NCBI GenBank assembly: GCA_002794465.1
Contig: MTSL01000089.1
Location: 1-24,289 of the forward strand
Reading direction: 5' to 3'
DNA: 24,289 nt
DNA from: Paramicrosporidium saccamoebae KSL3
Lineage: Eukaryota > Fungi > Cryptomycota
In this document: positions 11,735 to 20,645 of the stretch, one piece after another
How positions within the stretch are numbered: position 1 is the first letter of the stretch
Layout: every line of letters starts with the position of its first letter
Notes under the pieces: generated by a model
What the model saw: only the letters and a program-made list of their open reading frames with translations
What the model was told of the DNA's origin: nothing
Database searches by the model: none
Translations under genes and position numbers: made by a program

Positions 11735-14700
11735 ATGAAGCTCCTCCTTTTAATTGTGGGCACCATTCTCGGATCGGTCCTGTCGGCTCTTCCTGACATG
11801 ACTCCGCTAGAGTCTACCTTTGTACGAGAGTCTTGGGGCGAGTTGCGTAAATCCGGCGAGATCCCCGAAAACCCAATGCATCCCAAGTTTGTCATCCTCT
11901 TGCAGAATCGTCGATATTTGGCATTCATCCAAGCCGTGGATGCAGAGCGCTACTTGACATCCGCCATCATGGAACCCAAACTGGTTGCCACCTTTCTCGA
12001 CCTCAACGAGCAAAAGATGCCATTGCCCGTCTCGTATCCGCCCAGCGCCCAACAGCTTATTGCGGAGATTAAGGATATTCCCGAAGAATCTGACACGGAA
12101 CGGATCCTCAAGAGACAGGTCATTCGGGCTTTTGTCCAGTTCCATAATAAAGTCCACAAGAATCTGAACCAGCTGGCCTTGCACTTGCTGCATCCCGGCT
12201 CCACGGACGACTCGTCCTCTCCAAAGATGCAGATGTGGGTTGAGGAAATGATTAGAGTCACCGACACTAGCAGGATACCCGATTGGATCAAATGGTTGAG
12301 CATCCATCCTATTCCTAGGTTTGACTATAAACGAGAATATGCCCTGACGTAAGATTTTTGTTATTTGGCTAATTATTAGTGCTGCCATTAAATACACCGA
12401 GTTTCTGGTCCGCAGTAAAAGTAGTCGCACTATGCGTCATCGAACCGGCAGATTGGAGTCATCCATCGTTGTCAGGTACACGACAGATTTCAAAAATGAA
12501 GTTATCCGACGTCTCCTCCACGAACATTCATACTTGGCCCTGCTTGAATACGTCACATCGCCTTTTACGCGGGACAGGAATTCTCGCAAGAAATACGATC
12601 CATCCGGTTTCGATATCAGCCAGCCTGACAAAGAGCAGACCTATTTCCTTATGTCCGATGAACGCCCCCCTCTGTTGCTCGAGGCTATCATGACGCTCCT
12701 CGGAGATCCAAGATTGCCCGTCGTCAACAAGATTGAAATGATTACCATGTACTCTCAGTTATTCTGCGACAGTCTCGATGCAAGTCACGCAGACAATCTG
12801 GTCGACTTTGTCCTCGCCCTGTCATTGATGCCCAACCAGCAAGATGCTTGGAAGATTAGAAATGCCTTTATAACCACTTGTAAAAGTTCAGATTGGAGCA
12901 GTGTGGTAAAGGAAAACTTTGCTTTTTCGCCCTTCAACAGGCCAATTGACATTCGCGACCATTGGAGACAGCCGCCCTTGGAGCAGCTTGCAGATGTTTT
13001 TGTGACCAGCGAGCACAATCAACACTCTCGTCAAACGTTACAATCCCGACATGCATTACATGTTCCATTTACCAAGCCCAAGTTGGAGATTGCTTGGCTA
13101 TCGGGCCCAAAGGTGCCTCAAGTTACTTTTGGTGGCTTTGAACATTTGATCTCACATGGCCCCGTTCCTCGAAATCGCGAACCTTTTGACATTCAACTCA
13201 CGCGCTCATCCACCGATAGTCGACATGAGACTAAACGCGCCTTGGACGAGACGATTAGCATCACAAAACCTGATCTCTCGTGGCTGTCGAGGGTTGCTGG
13301 TCGCACCTTGGTGAAGGAAGACCATCATGTGCCGTTCCTCGAATTTCTCGATAATCGCACCCATTTCAACTTTGAAGACGTCCAACTGGCCAAAAATATG
13401 CCTCTCATCGAAAAGAAAATCCTTGAAGCGCGCACTGAACCGTACGCCAATATTTTCGAGGAGATAGGCGAGCTATTCAGCCGACCCCGTCCAGAGATCA
13501 ACAGGCTGCTCATGGCCGTTTTCCCAAAGATGCAGAAGAAACATGCGACAATCAATACGTCCAGTATGACTTCGGAGGAAAAAGATAACGGCAAGAGAGC
13601 AACCGTTAATGATTTGGTCGAGTTGGTGCTATTCTTTGAAGAGAGGGGATACACTAAAACGCCTGCCTTTCTCGATCTGCTCGCCTACATTCTCAAAGAA
13701 GATAAGGAGGACACTTCCAGCTTTCGTAATACCGTGTTCACCGAGCTTTGCATTGGCAATGTTCCAGCAAACGTCACTGATCCCATGACCACTAGGTGTC
13801 GGGAACTACCACAGTTCATAGTCGATCGCTACCGCGAGCAGATGCTGATTGCAATGGAAAACTTGCGTCAGAAACCAAGAGATCCAGCATTGGAGACAAA
13901 GATTACTGGGTTGAACAACGTATACTCTAACATTTGGGCGCGTGCAGGAGATTTGTTCAAGCCGAAATATCGCTTGACCTATGGTGCCAATGCCTTTGAC
14001 GAGACGAAGCAGATAACTGCCTATGGAGATAGCACAATGTTGCAACAGGCATTCTCACTGGATTATGTGAGGGCAGTTGAAGCACTAAACTTGGATTCCA
14101 TGGCACCATTCCGACGCTCTCTAATCCCCTGGATCAGCCACACAGCTATGAAGCAACATAATAGGCTAATGGTCGAGTCAGAGATTTTGTACGGTCTGAC
14201 CGCGAGGGAGGCCATTTTGGACATGAAGTACTTTTTCGGTAAAAAGCCCTACCAGGCTCTACATTATACCGATGGATTCAAGTATTTTCTCGCCAGAGCG
14301 GTGCATACGTTGGCTGCTGCGAACAAATGGGAATTGCACACCAACATTGTGCTCAAACGATGGCATCCCACCACCATAGAGGCCTTCTCAGACTGCGATC
14401 CACGAGATTCATTAGTCAATTCTAGGCCCATAGTCAGCGTGCTAAACCCGCCACCGCCGGTGAGACAGGTTACGGCAGCCCAGATCTTGGCAGAGAATGA
14501 GCGTCGAGATCAGTTTACTATGACTGATCCGAGAGACCCAACCACAAACGCCCCACTCAGCTGCACAGTCTCATTGCTGACGCTCTATTTCGACCAGACA
14601 CAGTTCCCCTTCTACCACACTACGATCGATCCTGAATTCGAATGGCCCGAGGTCGTCGAGCCAGCGGTTAGGCCCGAGCTGAAGGGTCATCTTTCTGGAA

Positions 14701-15041
14701 TTCTGCACGAATGGCTTTTGGAGGTGCACGACAATATTCTGGCAATTTATGATAAAAAGAACAAGAAGATGCTCAACCCAGCCGCGGCCATTCTCGTCCT
14801 CAAAGTCTACATCAGGGTGCTTATAAAGTATATGGACTTTTCGCCCTCAGAGGCCAAGCCCTTGCTCCAATACATCGTTAGCAGCTTGACCATTGCATAC
14901 AAGGCAGCAGGATTGACGCCCGTTACTAGCTTTAGCACTGCGACAGTAGAGGCAGAAGAAGAAGACGCAGATGCAGGAGATATGGCAGCGATTATGAAGG
15001 CACATTTTACGAAAATGAACGCTAAAAACGGCAGCGCATGA
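11735..15041 (+). CDS. Large secreted orphan protein, paralog B, about 1,091 aa, 2 exons
   Basis: Signal peptide MKLLLLIVGTILGSVLSA from ATG 11735. Intron 12349-12379 (31 nt, GTAAGA...CTAAT TATTAG) sits in the same Thr codon and phase as in paralog A and joins ORF 11633-12352 to ORF 12432-15041 in frame (..EYALT/AAIKYTEF..). Confidence 0.88.
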
Positions 15042-15067
15042 AAGAATAAATGAATATTTATTAGACA

Positions 15068-15949
15068 ATGTTCAACTTTGGTGCCGCTCCCAGTGTTGGA
15101 GTTGCTAACCCGGCACCGGCAATGAATATCCCACAGGCCCCTACTACAAGTAGCACGTCTTTCTCCACGCACCCGTTCCAGTATATTCAAGAGTGCCTCG
15201 ATCCCAACTCGCCAAACTACCGTTTTCGCGTAAGCTGTGCCGGTCCGAGACTGACGGTGTAGTACTTTTTTTATAATGCTGTCCCTGGAGGCATTGGAGC
15301 AGCACCGGCGCGTCCTGCACACGTCTCCCAAGCGCTTTGGACACAGACCCTTAATGATAATCCTGATCCTTCCAAGTACCCCCACAAGGATAGTCTAACG
15401 GTTAGAATGGCGCCGGTACTGGCAAATGGATTCAATGACCTGACCACTCGTCGTGCATGGCAAAAAGAGCACGAAGTTGCACAACGGGGCAAGCTGGACG
15501 AGCTGGAACAGCGGTTGGCCTTGCTGCTTACGCGGCAAGACCTGGACGTGTCCACGCAGCTGCAGGTCATTCAGAAACAACAACTGAAGCTGACACTACG
15601 GGTTGTCCAGCTGATGCGGCGTGTTGAAGTATTACGTCGTGTTGGTGGTCGCATGACACCTGCTGAGCAAGCTCTCCTTGGACGCATCCAATCAATAACG
15701 ATGCGACTAAATCATGCGCCCATATCTGGAATTTTGTCAATGCAAAGCCAGCTAAACGCGCTAATGGAGGGGGGACGTCTTGATCCGTTGGCCAGTGCGC
15801 GACAATGTGTGATTGCGGATGAACAATCCATGGACACGCTGTACACGCTCCTAGAACAGCAACAACGTGGTGTCAAAGCGGTGATTGAGACGATAAACAA
15901 GGATTCGCGAGATCTTGATTTAATGCGGCATGGATTTACTCTTCAATAA
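15068..15949 (+). CDS. NUP57: Nucleoporin Nup57/Nup54 family, about 272 aa, 3 exons
   Basis: Exons 15068-15229, 15263-15375, 15406-15949; introns 15230-15262 (33 nt, CTGAC) and 15376-15405 (30 nt, CTAAC). Spliced product has DPNSPNYRFRYFFYN, W..NPDPSKMAPVLANGFNDL and a C-terminal coiled coil, characteristic of the family. Confidence 0.85.
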
Positions 15950-15971
15950 ACATGTAGTATCATTAGAATAA

Positions 15972-16031
15972 GGGTGGGCGGGGTAGAGTGAGGACGGGTG
16001 GAGTAGAGTAGAGTAGGGTGGGAGATGGAGT
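15972..16031 (+). repeat. G/purine-rich low-complexity tract downstream of NUP57
   Basis: GGGTGGGCGGGG...GGGTG(GAGTA)3GGGTGGGAGATGGAGTAG; contains GAGTA pentamer repeats and several G3 runs. Confidence 0.8.
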
Positions 16032-16043
16032 AGTGAATTTAGT

Positions 16044-16079
16044 GGGAACAATGTATGCAACGGGAACAATGAATGCAAG
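16044..16079. repeat. 18-bp tandem duplication
   Basis: GGGAACAATGTATGCAAC / GGGAACAATGAATGCAAG (2 mismatches). Confidence 0.85.
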
Positions 16080-16616
16080 AGTGTGGGCCGCAGCCATTTT
16101 AGTGAGAATGATGAATATAATGGCATGGTCCGCGGCTACTTTAATGATAACCGTGACTGCAACGAGAACAATTAATATAATGTTCTGGTCCGTAGTTATA
16201 CCACCTCAGGATTGTCATTTACAGAATAATATAATCCTATTCAGAGAGGCCAGGGTGGGGGTTTAGTGGGTAATCCTTTGGATTTGGATAACCAAGTCGG
16301 GATGGCCTATAATAGCCCTTGGGAAATGATGAGCAAGTAAAAGGTCCGAGCACGGTCGTCATCTTGCGCGTGCAGCAGACTGTACGGGTGTAACGACGAC
16401 CGACAGAAACGGACGTTCCATGCCCGCCCCTTAGTTGGACGCGGGAAAGGCCCGTCCGACACGACCATTGAGCCGCCGTCGTAGAGACGTCGGTTGATAT
16501 GTCGACGTACATGAGCCGTGATGTTTGCTGCTATGAGGTCAATTACGCTTCTGATCCCACATGAGCGAGCGAGTGAGGGTGAGATGGTATATTATATCTA
16601 TGAATCAGGCTCTTTC

Positions 16617-16635
16617 TAATAAAAGGCCTTTATTA
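16617..16635. terminator. Near-palindrome carrying an AATAAA on each strand
   Basis: TAATAAAAGGCCTTTATTA. The minus-strand AATAAA lies about 110 bp after the Fzr-like stop at 16746. Confidence 0.5.
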
Positions 16636-16745
16636 CGCTACACACGAATAGAGGTCCCATGTCTATTAGTGAATGAATCTTGGATTGTCCTCTAAATTGG
16701 TACATTTCCATCTACAAGCCCATCCAACCTCTAATTACAGTGGAT

Positions 16746-17831
16746 TTATCGGAAATCGACAGAGTCAATCAAGTCGCATCGTTTGGTACGCGGAGTAAAG
16801 ACGGGCCATATGCGTATGGTTTCATCGGCACTACCGGTGGCCACACTGACGCCATCAGGTGCAGCAGCCATGTAAAGAACGCGTTGGGAATGACCACGCA
16901 TGACGGCAGTTGTATGCATTGACGCATCCCATCGCAGACAGAGATGCTCAGAGAAGCCGTGAGTACTACACAGCTCGTCGCCTGACCAGGCCAATGCACA
17001 CACTTGGGAGGCTGTTTTGTGGGTGGAGAGTAGGCCAGAGTGGAGAGACCACAGACGGATACATCGATCAGCCGTGCCTCCTCCCGAAGCCAAGACACCG
17101 CTTCGAGTGGGAGACCAGGCTAATGCTTTGACGGCGGCAGTATGTTCCATCCATCGTTGCAGGGGAGTATTCATGCGAGCATCCCAAATACAGATGGCAT
17201 TATCATTTCCCCCCGAAGCAAGCCGACCACAACGATCCCACTGAAGACCACAGATTTCCTGTTCATGGGCCTCGCAGATGCGTTGGGCGGGACGACGTCG
17301 GAGATCGTGGTGGAGGAGAGTGCGATCACGACTGCCTGATGTCAGCAGTGATCCTTGCCAGGCCAATACACCGACCCGTGCCGAATGGCAAGTCAAAGGG
17401 GTCCTTTTGCCGCTTGTCCCGTCCAATAACTCTACACTACCGGTGCGACTTCCAATGGCCAACAATCCATCGGGGGACCAGGCTACACTGGTGACTTTGT
17501 CCCGTAGCAACGCCACACAACGGGCTTTTCCAGTGTGTGCATCCCACACGTGAACTTTGCAGCCCAATCCCACTGCTAACAGTCCTTCTGCTGACCAACT
17601 CAGCAGATTCAAATAGTAATCGTCCTCTAAGCCGGGGGCATCTAAGATTCGGGTGGGGACAATACGTTCCGGCTCCATCAATGTCGACGCTGCTGACGGC
17701 ATCCGCGTCTTGTACTCGGCCAACACCAACGGAGCAATTTCCATCTTTCGTGGACTTAGCACTGGTGATCCTCGACTGACGCTGTCCAGAATGCCCTTTA
17801 AGGGCGATGTCATCATGACACTCCGATCCAT
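16746..17831 (-). CDS. Cdc20/Fizzy-family APC/C coactivator WD40 protein (Cdh1/Fzr-like), about 361 aa
   Basis: Motifs RILDAPGLEDDYYLNLLSWS, LTSGSRDR, HEQEICGLQW, LASGGNDN, AAVKALAWSP, LASGGGTADRCIRLW, GHSQRVLY, DETIRIW. Start placed at ATG 17831 because a TATAAA lies 26-31 bp upstream; the ORF track start at 17927 would run almost into the upstream gene. Confidence 0.9.
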   Translation of the reverse strand: MDRSVMMTSPLKGILDSVSRGSPVLSPRKMEIAPLVLAEYKTRMPSAASTLMEPERIVPTRILDAPGLEDDYYLNLLSWSAEGLLAVGLGCKVHVWDAHTGKARCVALLRDKVTSVAWSPDGLLAIGSRTGSVELLDGTSGKRTPLTCHSARVGVLAWQGSLLTSGSRDRTLLHHDLRRRPAQRICEAHEQEICGLQWDRCGRLASGGNDNAICIWDARMNTPLQRWMEHTAAVKALAWSPTRSGVLASGGGTADRCIRLWSLHSGLLSTHKTASQVCALAWSGDELCSTHGFSEHLCLRWDASMHTTAVMRGHSQRVLYMAAAPDGVSVATGSADETIRIWPVFTPRTKRCDLIDSVDFR

Positions 17832-17856
17832 ACAAACAGACCAATGACACGAGGGA

Positions 17857-17862
17857 TTTATA
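17857..17862 (-). promoter_or_regulatory. Putative TATA box of the Fzr-like gene
   Basis: TATAAA on the minus strand; a CCAAT is at 17841-17845. Confidence 0.4.
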
Positions 17863-17942
17863 TCATGTGGATACAAAAACCACAAGGGTAGACTAGTATC
17901 GGAATATGACTTGATGCATATCATCAATTCCGTTACTTTACA

Positions 17943-19632
17943 CTATGATTTATTTGTGCGCTCTGAACGCTCGCCGTCATCTTCTCGACCACCCAACCAA
18001 CGCGGCATAAATTTCTCAATCAGAAACCGTCGTCTCCGTTTTGGTGTCTCATCAAGTTGCAACTCTTCAACGCGATTAATTAGAGTCCGTAGATCCTCCT
18101 CCATGGTGAGATAATCGAGCAGATCCTCGGTACGGATGCCGTGTGCCAGAGCGAGTTGCAACGGCGTCTTTCCGTCTACGTCTTGCAATGTGCAATCTCC
18201 GCCCTTACTAATCAGTAGTTGCAGTACTGGTCCGTGTCCTCCTTGTGCTGCCTCATGCAATGCACTCCTACAAGTCGTTAATCACAACCATAATATACTG
18301 ATTCCGATTGTTCGTTGCATTAACTAGGGCCCCCGCGTGAATTAACACTGCCACGTTCTCTGTTCGACCGTATCGCGCGGCAAGATGGAGAGGAGTGCTG
18401 TCTTCGGCATCGCGTTGGAACATGTCAGCGCCCATCTTGAGCAATCGCACCGTAATATCCAAATCCACCTGCGTCAGTAAACACATCCGACTGTCTCCTC
18501 CGCCTCGCATCGCCGTCAATAGCAGAACCACCGTGTCGCAGTTGCACATTGCCGCCGCCATGTCCAACGCATAGATATGTCGCACCTGTGTTTTGGACAG
18601 ACACACCGTCTCAATCGCTGTTGTCATCCGCAGCAGTGTCGCCATCTTTTCTAATCGACGCAATTGGTGCTGACTGATTGTCTTTCGTGCATCAGCCCCG
18701 GTCTCTAGCAGTAATCGTGCAATCACAGTGGACGCCTTTGGATGTTCACCACATGGCGCCAGCAATAGCGGCGTTAATCCTAACCATCCTTCTGCGCTGT
18801 TTGCACCCCGGGTCAGCATCATCCGCACCACTGTTGCCCTCCCCAGTGCCACCGCCAGGATCAGATATGATGGAAGCACCCGCACTCGGCTTAGCACTCC
18901 CTTTACTGTAAATATTGGATCGTCAAAGCTGCGCGGGAAGCCCGCCTCACCAATCATCACACATAGCGATTCCATACCCCGATCCAAGGCCTGCAGAAAT
19001 ATTCGATTCATCACTGGATAATGACTTTTCTTCTTTAACAAGCCCGCTGATAGACTTCCCACCATGTCTGGAATCTTTCCATCCGACATTACTTGCACAC
19101 TTCCTGGCAGAGCCAGACCAAAGCCCACATGTAAGAGGAGACAGGCCCGCGTCTCCCGTCCATCAATCACGGCTAGCAGCACGCAATTCAGCACATAGAG
19201 CACATCTGGCGTCTTTCTGCGCATAGCTCCACCCAGTAAAGTTGTGATTGCCCGTCGAGTGATTACTGCGGCACCCTCCATGGGAAACTCGATGGTCCGG
19301 GAGCCATTAGCCACCATTGGCTCGATTTTTGGACGAATTCGAAAAATTGGAGTGGGAATGAGCTCCCATCCGACTGCCAACCGGTAGGGCGTCAGTCCTA
19401 TTAGTCGTTTCCGGGCCCGACGACGGCGTCGGTCTCTCAGCACAAATGTTGCAAACCGCTCCAAATGCTCCGCCGTCGGTCCACGCACCAAACTTGGTCG
19501 CTCTTCATCCCGCTCAATGAGGAAGCGACCTCGCGTTTCTCCTCCAATAACTCGTGTGAAACCTGCAAAGGTGCGCCTAACTGCCGAAGGGTCTCCATTC
19601 GGTTCGCCTAACTCTGTAAGTCGTCTCTCCAT
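17943..19632 (-). CDS. Ankyrin-repeat protein with unrecognised N-terminal half, about 552 aa, 2 exons
   Basis: Exons 19632-18299 and 18267-17943; 31-nt intron 18298-18268 (GTATAT...TTAAC...TAG) restores NNRNQ/SALHEAAQGGH. Ankyrin motifs LTPLLLA, TPLHLAARYGRTENVAVLIHAGA, ALHEAAQGGHGPVLQLLISKG, GKTPLQLA. Confidence 0.88.
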
Positions 19633-19660
19633 TATTGTTACCCCGCATGAATGGGATTGA

Positions 19661-19737
19661 CCAATAGAGCTATTGGATTGTCGATCCGAGTTTTTGTAGC
19701 AGTGTTATGTAAAGTGAGTACTGTGAGTTGTGTGAGT
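19661..19737. promoter_or_regulatory. Inverted CCAAT pair plus three GTGAGT at 9-bp spacing upstream of the ankyrin gene
   Basis: CCAATAG-AG-CTATTGG perfect inverted repeat at 19661-19676; GTGAGT at 19714, 19723, 19732. Confidence 0.5.
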
Positions 19738-19789
19738 TATCCCGAGTTTGTCAGTTCAAGGCATGTCCTGATCGCTAAATCCTCTAAAT

Positions 19790-19812
19790 ACAACAACAAC
19801 AATAACAACAAC
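19790..19812. repeat. Imperfect (AAC)n microsatellite
   Basis: ACAACAACAACAATAACAACAAC; reads GT-rich on the minus strand just downstream of the RRM gene's AATAAA. Confidence 0.85.
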
Positions 19813-19881
19813 GACTACTGTTGTCTCCCTCTTCACATCTACTACAATGCGCAAAATCAATTTTATTGACAAAATTTCTAG

Positions 19882-20541
19882 TTAATAGCGGAGTCCAGTG
19901 AAATCACTCGAATAGTCTTGTGTGGTCGGGAATGGATATCCTAGGAATTGTTCTTCACAGTAGGACGGATAGTATTCGGGCCACGGATACGTCTCCACCG
20001 ACATGCATCGTAACACCCCGCCCAGACAGTTCTGACCATCCTATCAATTAGTTGACACCTCATTGCATCGTTTACATTTGCTCGTATGGCCTTTTCTACC
20101 GCCTCGGCACAGTCATATTGGATCCAGGCCATGCCCCATCCAACCTCCATCCCCAACACATAGCCATATCGCTTGAATTGGGAGAACACTTGTCGTCTAC
20201 CCACATTGCCCAAACCCTCGACCAAAAGCATGCGCATCCCGCCCATACTCTTTACCCGCGACCTCTCCACTCGGAGTACCCGGCCGCCCAAATAGTGGGG
20301 GAGACGGAACAATTCGGAACGGACCGGACCGGCGTACTGGACGAAGCAAAAGGGCCGCTGTTTGGCGTCACGGCTGGCCTTTGTGCTTGTGATTTGACCA
20401 TATCGTCCCAATAGGGACCGGAGATGGTGCTCCAGCTCCTCGTCCGTGAACGACGCCGGCAGACTACCACGTTACACCACATAGGGCGGACTACTTGGCA
20501 ACAAAGAGACAAAGGTCCTGGATGGGTTCGGTTGCTCCCAT
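19882..20541 (-). CDS. Two-RRM RNA-binding protein, about 197 aa, 3 exons (RRM1 resembles fungal Rim4-type)
   Basis: Exons 20541-20495, 20463-20076, 20040-19882; introns 20494-20464 (31 nt) and 20075-20041 (35 nt, CTAAT). Splicing restores RNP2 CLFVANL with RNP1 RPFCFVQY and completes RRM2 (AIRANDGQNCLGGVLRC). Confidence 0.8.
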
Positions 20542-20645
20542 TTCCCAATCTTCTCGGCTTTCCTTGCTTTCCGTCTCCGCCGCCCGGTCTCCCATCAATC
20601 TATTACTGCCAGGGTTCCGTCCCGCCACTCAATAACATAATTGTT

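Noticed and set aside
15953-15961. TGTAGTATC resembling the U2 snRNA branch-point pairing region
   Set aside because: No U2 stem I or Sm site context; it lies 3 nt after the NUP57 stop in 3' UTR.
16113-16199. PPR-like motifs YNGMVRGY and YNVLVRSY
   Set aside because: Spacing is 20 codons rather than 35, the frame has stops, and the rest of the PPR consensus is absent.
16337-16344. CCTTTTAC on the minus strand resembling U5 loop I
   Set aside because: Flanks are not complementary, so no closing stem forms.
16443-16454. GGGAAAGGCCCG resembling RNase P/MRP conserved region I
   Set aside because: No downstream CR-V partner able to form helix P4 was found by eye; left to an Rfam search.
16017-16482. 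TAA-to-Gln recoding to rescue the plus frame with three TAA interruptions
   Set aside because: TAA is the evident stop of MOT1, LIP5, NUP57, RPS9 and RPL21, and no long ORF here needs in-frame TAA or TAG.
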